Positions 14,373 to 26,800 of a DNA stretch of 64,000 nt are shown here, one piece after another. A program made the translations under genes and the position numbers. The stretch is from assembly GCF_036971445.1 (NCBI RefSeq), contig NC_091480.1:79732001-79796000 (forward strand), given 5' to 3'. The notes below the pieces were generated by a model. It made no database searches, was not told the DNA's origin, and was given only the letters and a program-made list of their open reading frames with translations. The stretch is from Narcine bancroftii (taxonomy: Eukaryota). Position 1 is the stretch's first letter, and the number at the start of each line of letters is the position of its first letter.

Positions 14373-14787
14373 ATGCAAAAAACGACATTCTACGACAACT
14401 GTACTCTATTCGGTGGATACACATACCAAGGAGCAAATGGTTTCAGCTATGAAGTGGCGCAGGAACCCTATCCACCATCTTCTCACGTTGAAAGTGATTA
14501 TCCGAGGTCGGCCTGCTCCCTGCAGCCAGCTGGCACCAGTGGTCCGCATGCCAAATCTAAAGACATCAATGGGAGCTGCATGCGTTCGAACCTCCCTGAA
14601 CACCGCCAACCTCCACCTGTCTCACCTCCCCAAAACCCCAGCAGCAACTCGACACAGCCAGGCACCAGCAAGACTCTGCCCAAGTCTTCCCACACCTCCA
14701 CACCCAGTCTCACCAAGCAGATATTCCCATGGATGAAAGAGACACGACAAAACTCCAAGCAAAAAAATAGCAACAGTCCTAGCACAG
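14373..14787 (+). CDS. HOXB3: HoxB3 coding exon 1
   Basis: ATG at 14373 gives MQKTTFYDN...; B3-type [13 protein letters not shown] and [11 protein letters not shown] hexapeptide region; phase-1 donor AG|GTAC at 14787/14788. Confidence 0.95.
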
Positions 14788-15500
14788 GTACACTTTTTTT
14801 TGTGCCGTTTTCGTACCCAATGAAATGGCTGCACGGTTATTTAAATCAAAACATTAAAAACACGATTTCCAAACGTGTGCAGCACGTAAAGCCTTCGCTG
14901 ATACTTTAACACTTTGTTGATAGACTGTTAACATTAAGTCATGCTATCCTCCTGTGTTTCAATTTCTCGATTTGTTATTATTGTAATTACATCAAATATA
15001 TACATCATGTTACTCTTTCTAAACATCCCAGAATGCGTAAATGTCACATTCTGGTTGAATGAAACAAGAAAGTTGATATCATTAAAAAAAGTGACCACAA
15101 ACCCATAAAACATTCTTTAGTTTGTTCTACTAGTATGCTGTTGAGACAAATATTAACGTCTTCAATGTAGCACCCTTTGACTTTGAACATGATCTTGAAT
15201 AGGCCAGAAGTATTTTACTCATTTAGCCTGTAACCACATCAACTGTGGAATATGCTGATCTAAACAGAGATTCAATATAATTATGATTCAATGTTCTGAG
15301 TTCAGGAGATCCCTCATCTTATTTCTGGTGTTGGGGGTGTAGTACTTTTAATATTATCTGATGTGAAAGTTATGGATATTTGAATGTTAAATGGGACACG
15401 TATTTTTTTCTTTCTTGTGTTATTAAATGTTTTTCGAGGACTTTCTTGTTTAGATGAGTGCACCTTAAGCAGGTAATTGTCTTTATCTTATTGCTCACAG

Positions 15501-16270
15501 CTGAAAATGTCAGTGGGGACAAAAGTCCACCGGGATCTGCCTCAAAGAGAGCGCGCACTGCCTATACCAGCGCACAACTGGTGGAACTGGAAAAAGAATT
15601 CCATTTTAACCGTTACCTTTGCAGACCTCGCCGAGTGGAGATGGCAAACCTGCTCAATCTCAGCGAAAGACAGATCAAGATCTGGTTCCAAAATCGCCGG
15701 ATGAAATACAAAAAAGATCAAAAAATAAAAGGCATGGTGAGTTCTTCTGGAGGACAGTCACCTACAGGAAGCCCTCCACTTTCTGTCCAAGCCCCCACTG
15801 GGTTTGTAAATGCCATGCATCCACTTGCTAACAATTCTGCCTACGATGACCCTTCACCGCCGCCTTTCAATAAACCTCATCAGAACGCTTATACCATGAC
15901 CACAAGTTACCAAAACCCAATGAAAAGTTGCCCAACTCAGCAACAGAAAAGATATCCTGGAACAGCTCCAGAATATGATCCCCATGTACTGCAGGGGAGT
16001 GGCAATTATGGGACAACAAACATGCCGAGTAGTCCAGTGTATGTTGGTGGGAACTATGTGGATTCTATGTCCGCTTCAGGGCCTTCTCTCTTTGGCCTCA
16101 ATCACCTCTCTCACCCTGCCACCACAAGCATGGACTACAACGGTGCTGCTCAGATGACCCCCAGTCAGCACCATGGACCTTGTGACTCACATCCAACCTA
16201 CACAGACCTTTCATCACATCATCCTTCTCAGGGAAGAATTCAGGAAGTTCCCAAACTGACCCATCTGTAG
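15501..16270 (+). CDS. HOXB3: HoxB3 coding exon 2 (homeodomain); spliced protein 394 aa
   Basis: Acceptor ctcacAG| ends 15500 and matches the phase; PG3 homeodomain [59 protein letters not shown]; C-terminus [13 protein letters not shown]. Confidence 0.96.
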
Positions 16271-16578
16271 CAGATGCAAGTGGGGCGCTTGACTGAGACT
16301 AACCTTTCCTTTTCTCATTATTCCCCTTTGATTCATTCTCTATGTGTTTTCTTATTCATGTATGCTGGCTTGTATGAATATATGTTGCTTATATTGTTCC
16401 CTCACCAAATCTGTCCTCCTATGTAGAGAATGCTTGCTCCATCCCTCTCTATTCCCCTCTTCCCCTACCACCTCTTCCCCTCCCAAACAATCAATCATTA
16501 CAACCTTTAGGGTAAAATAATACTTGGTAATGCAAAAACCCGAGAGGTTGTACATTTATTTCTTGGACTTAACGTGAA

Positions 16579-16586
16579 ACAGGGTA
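16579..16586 (+). promoter_or_regulatory. miR-10 8mer seed site in HoxB3 3' UTR
   Basis: ACAGGGTA is the 8mer match to miR-10 (5' UACCCUGU); about 310 nt after the stop, just before AATAAA at 16591-16596. Confidence 0.7.
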
Positions 16587-19337
16587 AATGAATAAATCTT
16601 CTGTCCTTTGAGAAAAGCAAAAGTGAAGACATTCTTGGGTATTTGCTGATGCTTGATTTCCTTTGGACACCTGTATTGCACTTATAGTTTACATTTCAAT
16701 GGGTGAAACAGCTCATATGAGGCAAATGATTCCAACTCGGCCTTGAAGGAATCTTAAGAATGAGTAGCTGGTGTGTCTTTCAATATGTGTGTATTCTGGT
16801 GAACATTCAGATATATTTATTGATCAATGCCAGGAAAATATTTCGTTTTTGTATTATTTATCCCCCAACAATGCGTATTTATATAAAAAATAAAATTCTG
16901 TACTTTTTAGCCTGTCAAAACAGTTGTATTCATGTCTCTGTAAACAAGTTTATTTTAGTTAATGTTAACTAGAACAAAATTGTAGTTTTCTGTTACCATT
17001 GTACCTACAAATAATGTAATTAGTTATATTATAGGCATGGGAACAGAATTGGACAGTAATTGTATAGTCTTGATTTAGAAAAAATATAGCAAATTCTCCT
17101 TTTCTGAGACTCTTGCCTTCTTTGTAGTTATTTTCCTTGCTAACAGTTGTCTGTCAAACAATTCTGGAATAAATCTCTTGTTAACATATTTTCTTGTATG
17201 GATTATATATTCATGATAATACATTTATGACTACCAAAACCTCAGCAATATTCATTTTATATTTGCACCCTATTCTTGAGTGGACAGCTGCGCTACCAAA
17301 ATTATTCAATTCATGCTTTAATTTCTCTCTCTCTCTCTCTCTAATCACAGTGCCTCCTTTCTATTTATTGCCTTATTATTCCCCTGCTTTCAATCTATTT
17401 TGTTCCAATATCAGGGCTCTGTATATGTCAGGAGACTGGGGTTTGTGAATGGAAATGTTTTCAAATATTGCTTCTTACAAAACTAAAGAAAGAAGCACTT
17501 CTTCAGCTTGTAAATATCTTTATTACCAAACAAGGACTCGAGACTTACACAAACATTCAGGAATTAAGGGGTAAAAAGTTTCCATCCGGTGTAATGAGAC
17601 ACCACGTGGTGTCTGGTCAGTACAGTCATTGGACCTGCAAGAGAAACAAAGACCAAAGCATGAGCTGCCTGCCAAAGTACACAGACCTTTCCAGCTCATT
17701 CCATTCACAATGAAAGATATTTTTCTTGGTCTAGCAAACAACTGCTTTTAAAGTGATGTTATCAGTCTAAGATATGCATGACTTTGAATGAAAAACGATT
17801 TTACACTGAATTTTCTATAAACTCTAAAACCTGGGAAATAGCTGAGAAAAAAGTGGTATCTGCCTTGAAAGCAAAATTGAAAGCAGTGTTATTCTGTTTC
17901 TGAAATGAAAATGCAAATGCTTGTAAATATGATCGACAGGTTAACAATTCTAACAAAACTTTTACTGTGATCTTTTAAAATTAAGTTTATTGGATTTTTA
18001 GTATAAATTTGAGTGAACTGGGTCTATATGAGTTAGTGCGTTAACCGCTGTAATCAAAAACACACATTGTAACAATAGGTTTCAGTTAACCGATCAGCGA
18101 CCTCGATAAAGAAAAGCCCAAAATTATTCTAGTTATCTGATCACATCGTGCATTTATTTCTAATTAATGGCATCAAGTCTTTTTTAATTTTTTGTGCACC
18201 AATTCTGTAGGAAGCAAAAATAATTTTCTACAATGTTCATTTATGGACCGTGCAAAGTTCGGTGTTGATTATATAAACAAAGTATTAAATAATTTTCCAA
18301 TCTATTTATTTCTCAAGGCAATATTTCATGAATATTTGGATTCCGCCAATCTGCCAGTAACAAAATAATCAAACTTTATCACGGATTTTAGCTATGAAGG
18401 CACAAGATTTAGAGAGGATGGCAGTTTTAAATGCAGATATCCAATGCAAGATCACCGAGAATCCTATATCATGTTTATTTAACTCATGTGAAAACATAAT
18501 ATCGTCAATAGGCGTATCCTCTGATTTTTGCAAAAGCGAGTTAATATATTAATAGAAACTTTTTAATGCTTCTATGACATCAACATGAAGGACCAAGCTA
18601 CTCCAATCGGTTCCTAATTATATATACTGCGATGTGGACCATTAAAAAGCCACAAATCTGTGTGAAAGTTTTCCTGAGATCGAATAACAAATCTCCAGGG
18701 TTTTCTAAACACAATTTTGCAGCTGATGTCAACCAGAGCAAAAAAAAAGATTCGGCGCCATATTGTTCGATTTTCGACCCCTCGCCGTCCCGTTCCCCCC
18801 CCCCCCCCCCAATCAATCTACCAGTGAAAAGAAGCCCTTACATTTTGCATTTGGTAGCAACCCGCAGGAATATTTTAATTGTCCAGCATTCCTTGGATAT
18901 CATGGAAATTAACCAGCCTCTTAATATCCAGGTCTCGTTTTATGCATTGCGTTGTTGCATTCATCTTAAATCTGTGCATATTTACCTATTATTGAATAGT
19001 CAATGCATTAAATACTTGTCTAAAATGCTATTTTACTCTCTCCATATCGGATTCAATTAGAATTTTGTACGGTTTTATAACAAAGCACAGCAAGAGATTG
19101 TGTATAAAACTAGCAAATAAACTGCAGAAAATATTTAACTTGATTGCGTTTAAACTCCTAAATCTATCGGGCAACTTATTGTTATTTATTAAAGTCATTC
19201 TCAGGACCAGGAACACGCGCACAATGAAGATAAATCCACAGCGACCAGTTCAAAACAAAACGACACGCCATGTTACAGCCTTTTTCTCACGTCATATTTT
19301 AACCAATTATTCCTCGGTTTATGCTCCCCTAGCAACT

Positions 19338-19611
19338 CCCACACTCCAGCTATGAGTAACGCGGCTACAATTATTAATTTTAGTTCCCGGGTTTGACGCA
19401 TTGAAATATTTTATTTGGAATACTTTCTTACTGATTTAAGAATAGACTCCTTCGCTTCAGAACAGTTTCAGTGTTGCAATATCCTGTGAGTGGCCGCGCT
19501 TAAATACTTGCAACCCCACACATGCTTTTACAAACAAAGGATTCCAGGCCCATTTCGTGAATTCATTTCACGTCCCACACACTGTCACCAGGAGGTTTTG
19601 GAAACCCACAC
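19338..19611 (-). promoter_or_regulatory. HoxB2 r3/r5 (Krox20/EGR2) enhancer candidate
   Basis: Four CCCACAC motifs (GTGTGGG on minus) at 19338, 19515, 19574 and 19605; Sox-like AACAAAG at 19533-19539; CTGTCA 19582-19587; located just 5' of the r4 element, as in amniote Hoxb2. Confidence 0.65.
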
Positions 19612-19869
19612 AAGGCAATCAGTTAAAGTCCATTCCCCCTTGGAAATTTTAAAAAAAGATCTAATCTATCTATATGTTTTCGTTAGCTGTTTTACCAAAG
19701 TCACCGGTTTGTTATTGATATAGTAAGTGCTGGCAACTTTGAGTTTAAAAAATAAATGCTTTTCATCGCCCCTTTTCTTTAAGACAAGATGGTTAGAAAG
19801 GAAGGCTAGTTTCACTTCCTGGCATTTGATATGGGAAGGCAAATTCTTCTGCGTGCTCCCGAGCCTAAG

Positions 19870-19902
19870 CTGTCAAGCTGTTCTGTGGAGAAAGATTGAT
19901 CG
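19870..19902 (+). promoter_or_regulatory. HoxB2 r4 cross-regulatory element (Meis/Prep plus Pbx-HoxB1 site)
   Basis: CTGTCA 19870-19875 and AGATTGATCG 19893-19902; the latter is the Hoxb2 r4 Pbx-Hox site as recalled from mouse. Confidence 0.8.
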
Positions 19903-20282
19903 TGGCTGTCTTTAGTTCCTCGGGTCTATCTTTTTTTGAGGGTAACTATTGTAACACTAATGTCGGTCACACTGAAACAGTTTCTTAAAATGTTTCCATT
20001 TCACATAATGTTCGACAAACCACAGCTTTGGAAATACATTTTCAATAAACTCCTAATTTCAAACTAATTTTTAGTTTTATTTTGGTCAACAGCAACACAA
20101 CGAAAAGGAGAATCTCCCTATAAAGTTTGAGTGAACGGATTAATAGATCAATGATCAATGAATAGAAAGGAAAGTGCAGTCCAAATTTCGACTAGATGAT
20201 GAATTGAAATTGGTTAAAATAATTTACTCAGCGGTTTATTACTATTGGCAGCCTTGTTCAGATTAAAAGCCGATACTTACCT

Positions 20283-20450
20283 NNNNNNNNNNNNNNNNNN
20301 NNNNNNNNNNNNNNNNNNNNNNNNNNNNNNNNNNNNNNNNNNNNNNNNNNNNNNNNNNNNNNNNNNNNNNNNNNNNNNNNNNNNNNNNNNNNNNNNNNNN
20401 NNNNNNNNNNNNNNNNNNNNNNNNNNNNNNNNNNNNNNNNNNNNNNNNNN
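20283..20450. other. Assembly gap (168 N)
   Basis: Run of N. Confidence 0.99.
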
Positions 20451-20879
20451 TCCGAGAATTGGAAAAGGCACACTTTTGTCACTTGTGTCCAGTGATACTG
20501 ATATTTAAAGGGAATGGAATTTTCCTAGAGGCCTGGAGCAAATGCCTGGCTGATCCTGTGAAAGTTCCATTTTGTCACTGGCCCTGTTGTCAAAACTTTG
20601 AAGATTAATGAGGTACCTTGTTAATTACTCAAGTCACCAGATTTTAGGTGCAAATCTTCTTCACTTGAATTGCAAAATACTGAGATGGAAGTGGGAGAGA
20701 TTTTGTCAATAAAACCGCAACGTTCAATCCCTAAAATAAAAAGAAAATACACAATTAAAAGTGACAAAATATAATTCTAAAATTAAAACTGTGACTAAAA
20801 GAAATAAAGTGGAATTCTTTTCTTCACTTTTTTTTGAATGAATTGCAGAGATATTGGTTTCTTTTCATTAGACACCAAA

Positions 20880-20980
20880 TTGCCATTGGGCAACGCCAAT
20901 CATGTGACAATGAATTTGGTCCAATTTCAATATAGACCTCAGCTTAATAGAGCCGGTCCCCATACGCCTTGTAATATCAG
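20880..20980 (+). promoter_or_regulatory. HoxB2 proximal promoter / conserved 5' leader
   Basis: ATTGG 20885-20889, CCAAT 20896-20900, E-box CATGTG 20901-20906, second CCAAT 20921-20925, Hox2-type CCGGTCCCCATACG. Confidence 0.65.
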
Positions 20981-21061
20981 AGATACAGAATTAAAGCCTC
21001 AAAATATTATTTTCCTGACCTATAATATTCATAACTTTCTCCATTCGGCATTAAGAAGGCC

Positions 21062-21425
21062 ATGAATTTCGAATTGGAGCGAGAGATTGGTTTCATTAAC
21101 AGCCAGCCTTCGCTCGCCGAATGCCTGACGTCCTACCCTGCTGTCGTTGATACATTTCAAAGTTCATCAATCAAGAACTCGGCGCTTTCACACTCGACAC
21201 TAATTCCTCCTCCTTTTGAGCAGACCATCCCAAGCCTGAATCCGGGCAGCAACCAGCCGCGGCCAAGTCGCGAAAAGCGGCCTCCAAATGGCCCATTCTC
21301 ATCGGCTGCCGGGGCCGAGTTCCCGTGGATGAAAGAGAAAAAGTCGTCGAGGAAAAACAACGAAGCGCCTCTGTCATTCTCAGCACCAGTCCCTGGGTCC
21401 TCTCCAGCCGCGGAGTCTTCGACAG
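21062..21425 (+). CDS. HOXB2: HoxB2 coding exon 1
   Basis: PG2 N-terminus [32 protein letters not shown] hexapeptide; phase-1 donor AG|GTCTGC at 21425/21426. Confidence 0.92.
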
Positions 21426-22039
21426 GTCTGCCCACAGCCCACACTTTCTCTGCATCCTTGCTTTAAATCAACAATTCTGGCTTTTCATTAGTCACATTTT
21501 AACCCACTGAGTTTGAAAGAGCTGAATGAAAGGATACTCGAAGGTTAGAAGTAATTGCAATGTGATTGGGGTTTCATTTATAAAATGCTTTTTATAATTA
21601 TGCTGCGCTTCCAAAGCTAAGCCTCCACATGCGAATTTATTGTAACAGTTTTTAATGTGGTTGATTGTGCGATTTGCCTCATTGCATTGGTGAAAATACA
21701 AGGCTGTGTTTTAGATGCTGACATTTGCATTTTCGGCGGCCATGTTGATCAAACTCGAACAAGCTGCGGGAAGTCGAGAGTAAGGATGTGATTCGCTGTA
21801 TCAAATTATCAATGTGAGGATATTTATGTCAAGGATAAGGATCCTTATTGTCCGATTGGAAGAAAGAAATCTGTCACAGAGCTAATTTGAATGGAATTTA
21901 TGAAAGAAAGAAAATCCCCAACGGTAGTAATGTCATTTGTTTTCACTGTGGATGTTAAAGTATTTGTTTTTACTCCTATTTCTCTCTCTTTCTCTCACTC
22001 TTTCTCTCTTTCTGTGTTTCTCTTCCCCTCTCTTGTTAG

Positions 22040-22755
22040 ACGGTCAGGGAGAGCAGGGTAACAGCAATAGTGCGCGGCGATTGAGGACGGCCTACACAAA
22101 CACGCAGCTGTTGGAGCTGGAGAAGGAATTCCATTTTAACAAATATCTATGTAGACCACGCAGAGAGGAGATCGCAGCCCTGCTCGACCTGACCGAGAGA
22201 CAAGTTAAAGTTTGGTTCCAAAACCGCCGCATGAAGCACAAGAGGCAAGCACAATATAAAGAAAATCAAGTTAGCGGAGTAAGTTTTTGTAACAAATCGC
22301 TGCCAGAAGGCGAAGTCGAGGAGTCAGCACCTTATACTCAACCGATCGAAGCGTCGGGAACGTACTTAGAAAATAAAAACGGCGCCGATCAATCACGAAA
22401 GCAAAGCCAAAACACGCTTAGCAAAGAACTCCAAAATCTGCAAGATCTGACAGCGTGCAGTAGCGACGGCAAGGCAAGGAGTCCTTTCTATCTAACGGGG
22501 ACTGCTGATAACGGTTATACCACAGGCCAGAATTCTCTGGCTGGTCTGGACACCGTCAGTCTGGAAGCCCTGGAATTAATCTCCCTCCCAGATTTAAACA
22601 TGTTTTCTTCGGATTCCTATCTGCCATTCTCCGATGGATTATCTCCCAGCTTGCAGGGTTCTATCGACAGTCCTGTGGATATCCCTGAGGACAGTTTTGA
22701 TTTTTTCACCAGCGCTCTCTGCACAATAGACTTGCAGCACCTCAGTTATCAATAA
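22040..22755 (+). CDS. HOXB2: HoxB2 coding exon 2 (homeodomain); spliced protein 359 aa
   Basis: Long pyrimidine tract then ttAG| ending 22039; PG2 homeodomain [26 protein letters not shown]...[12 protein letters not shown]; C-terminus [15 protein letters not shown]. Confidence 0.95.
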
Positions 22756-23714
22756 CGATTGACAAGTTGTAGGGCCATTGTAGAAATTCAGCCATGTTTA
22801 AAAATATGTTCCGTTTTTCCTATTTTAAAAAACTGTGGAACAATAAAATCTGATCTCACAGTAAATATTTTATTCTTCAGCCTAGTCCAGGAGTCTACAA
22901 GAATTGCAGTCTTTATTGCATCAGGTATTTAATTAAATATAGTTTTATTCAGTTGCAGTTTCGTCAATTATATCTAAATTGTAGATTCTCCTCTTCACTA
23001 CTCAGGAAAACGTGCCGGATTTGTATTTATAGTAAAGTTGCTTTATCTCATAGCTTCCAAAAGGATAACTGTGACAAGTTCTTTTATGTTTTAGAGGTAG
23101 CCTATTTATTGAAAATATTGAAATAGTGAATTTTAAATTATTTATTGTACATTATTTTCATAGTTTAAATAAAACAACTTAATTCTTTAATGAACCTTTA
23201 CTGTCTGTGTTTCAAGATGGCTGTTGGTGTGCTTTGTTAGAGAGAATTTATAATGATGTCTGGCACAGAAAATATTTCCCATAACCTGACAAAAATTACG
23301 CGATTCCCAGCATTTCCAGTTAAGGAAAATCTCTAACCACTGAACATTAAAATTGATCATGGTGGACCCATCACTATTTTATCGTATAAATGATATGATT
23401 CTGTAAATAAGTTGTGCCATTCTACAAGTTTAACCAACTCACTCGGTAAATAGACAAATATTTCTCTTGGCTCTGTTTTTTGTGTGTGCCGTCAGCTGAT
23501 ACTTTATTGGGCTCACTTTACTTTCAAAGATGGTTTGTGTTTGAAAACCATGCCCCTCCCCCCATTCTTGAACCCAAATCATGCAATCAGGGTCATGGTG
23601 CAAGTGCAAAATTGGAAGCTTCTAAATCTTACTTACTCATATTTCTGAAACATAATCTTCTAAAATATTGCAAAGTGATAGGACAAATAAATATTGGAAT
23701 AAAATGTTAAACGA

Positions 23715-23803
23715 CGACAGGGATTGGATTAAAATAGATGTCTCCAACAAGGAACATCAGAGCTCGATGGGCAGAATGGCCACCTCTTGACATTACCCTT
23801 CTA
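23715..23803 (+). mobile_element. Decayed CR1/SINE 3' tail remnant inside the cluster
   Basis: GAGCTCGATGGGCAGAATGGCC resembles the GATGGGCCGAATGGCC tail seen on the CR1/SINE copies downstream in this window. Confidence 0.4.
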
Positions 23804-26800
23804 ATTTTTAAATGAATAGTTTTAAATATAACGCATGGTTCTTGTAAGGTATGTAAAGCAAAACTTTAAAAAGCGAAAAGATCAAAGTTGAAACAGATGA
23901 TACGTCGGATGGGGAGGGGGTCAAGATACATTTCATCCATCCAAACCTTTCTGCTTTATTTCTATTTCTTACCGATTGGAATAATTTAAAGGAGACTTTC
24001 AAAAGTGAATTGGTGTCTCATTCTTTCGCTATTATGATAATCAATCCGGTGTTCTTGGCATATAATATTTTGTTATGAATCCACCAGCATTGTAGGGAAT
24101 GCATGAAGTTTCCACGTTTTTTTTTCTCTCTCTCTCTCTCTCTCCCTCTGAGGTATATCGTGAAGAAACAAAAAAATAGCTCGAGCAGCCAACTCAATGA
24201 GGAGACAGGAACTAAAACTTCGGCAAACAGAAGATCATAGAATTTAACAAATAAAAATACGAGGCTGGAGTCCGAGGAGCAAGACCTCGCAAACAAATCA
24301 CTACCAACATCGATCATGCGCTCCATTTCTTAAATTCACAATTGTACTCCACTTTCTGGGGCTCCCACTCGCCCTCATGCCCCGCCAGGGGAGCCTTATT
24401 TACAAGATGTAATTTTTTTACTTCAAGTCATACATCATGTTGCTTTATGAATGAAGGGGGTCATTTCGAGAAATCAATCGTAGTGACACGAAAAATAAAT
24501 CATATTACGCGTTTGCCTAGTCATGGGTGTTTCCCAAGCATGGTAGAAATTTGGTGGCGACTTCGTCAACGCTCTGCAGAACGGGCTGAACCATCTCCAA
24601 GTCTATCGGATCTTTCTGCAAAATGGCGTCGTGTTTGTAACGAACACAAAACGTTCACCATTTATTTTTCTGCAATATTTTCAACTGCATAAAAGTATGA
24701 CGATTTCATTGCATTTTACCAGCTCGGATAGTTGTTTAATTATTTTATTTAAGATGCGTCGAAACATTTCAACAAGCGGGTCCTGACTTAATTAATTTGA
24801 ACTTTCCACCGCTTTACCTTAACATTTTTTTAAATTTATCGATCATCTTTATGTCTTTTTTCAATATTTTTAATTCTTGTTTTTTTCCCCATAAATATAC
24901 ATAGTAAACTCTCCAAACTATATATATTTAACTTTTTCTTACAAAAAAAACAAACAAAACAATCACTCCCCCTCCCTTTTCTCACTATAAATCCACACAC
25001 CGTCAGAGCTGTTCATCTTTATATCTTTAATAAGTCAGACACAGCGCTTACGTTAAGTGACGACTTTTACCCAATTCTGTTACAGCCTGCAGTTGCCTCG
25101 TTATGACTCAAACTCCTGCCACGAAAGATGCTTGCTTGTTCAACAGTGCTTCCCCGCTAATGCAGAAGTTCACATAGACGAGTCACGGAGACCGAGAGAC
25201 ATAAAATAGATTTTTTTAAAAAGGGGGAAAGCAGTGTATAGTGTGGATGAATTAAAGGAGAAAGTTGAGGCAGAACAAATACAATACATGCAGTACAGGC
25301 AGGAACAGAAATACACATCGAGGAGAAAAATACAACGATTCAAGCAACCGGAGAGAGGGAAGGAAACCAAGAGAGGGGGACTATCATGTTCATTCAAGAG
25401 AAATTCTAAAAACAAATGACGAAATTTGTTCTTTATTTAGAGGAATTTTGTTCATGTGTTGAATCGAATCTGAGGGCCCAGCTTCCAGGAATCTCTAGGG
25501 TTAAATCTTGGCGCAGACTTATGTATTTTACTTTATCGCAATATAAATAAATACATGACGGTTTAATTGAATAGAAACTCCTTCAACTTAAATGTGCAAA
25601 CCTTGACGTGTTATCAATACAAATCTCTAACGAGCACCTCTTTACATAGCATAATGACCAGTAAAACTTGCTGCCCGTCCAGGGAACACGCCAGTGACAA
25701 TTACAAATCAATTCAACGCCCACAGAACAGGCTTAATAAATGGGAACTAACCACTCCATCCAACCTTCCTGCAAGACATAAAGCGTATCCCCTTTCCCTC
25801 CTCCTTCATGTCAATTTTTGAACAATTTTATAAATTTAAAATCAATCGACTAGACATATTCCTCCATGTTCCCTGATTGGCTTGGAAACCAGACAGTCAA
25901 TACATTTATAGTTGAAATAAAACTTACCTTTTTTTTAAACAACCAATGCAACAAATAACAAGAAAACACTAAATGTTGATAATAAATCCATTGCATAAGG
26001 CAAAATAAAAAATTCAAGATGCTGCATTTGGATATTGCTAGATTTTAAATTGGACTTTAAAAAAACCCTTGGGATAAAGTGTTTTAAGAAACCTGCCTGG
26101 TGTTTACACATAACTTTACAAATCACATCCATACTTAGAGCTCCTATTGCTTGTTCCAATTGAATCGTTTACTGGTAGAGGCTAAAATATTACAACCTGC
26201 AACACATCACACGCTTTCTAGATTTAGCGATGTTCCTTTTTTTTTCACATCACTTCCCATTATAGAGAGACGGAAGTACTAACCGCCACTACTATATTGC
26301 TACACATATGCTGTCCCATCAGACCTTACAACATGGACACCCACCGTTAGCAGACACGTCGCCATGGCAACTGAATTGCATGACAGTTTTGCATGAAAAT
26401 AACGTATTACAGCAGATTTTTAGACAAGCACCAAGTTTAATAGTACTGGACTGTGCCTTTCTAACTATTATCCGACAAGCAGTCTTGGCGACTCTTTAAC
26501 CCATTCTTCACCAGGATCTCAAATTTTTTGTGGTCTCTTCGAACCTGTCCTTCCTCACATTCCTCGAACCACTTAGAACTCAGGGTTGGCGCCACCGAAA
26601 CCATAGTTTTCAGTCCTCCATTCATTGACTATTTTCAATTGTCAAGCTTGTTCTAAATTGTCCAGATTGACATGACATCTAGTTATTCTGGATTAAAACA
26701 TTTGTCACTTTTTGAATTTATTCTTGGTTTTTCAACAAAATAACCCATTGGGGTTCAATCCGAGTTTGATTGCAAACCTGGGAAGAAAACTAGGTATAGA

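Noticed and set aside
14185-14834. Antisense and alternative-frame ORFs over HoxB3 exon 1 (similar ones over B2 and B1)
   Set aside because: Shadows of coding sequence with no independent motif support.
20245-20508. ORFs spanning the X run
   Set aside because: Artefact of the assembly gap.
22721-22740. ACAAT motif in HoxB2 exon 2, like the Hoxa2 exonic r2 enhancer
   Set aside because: Explained by the conserved CTIDLQHL coding sequence; no further supporting elements recognised.
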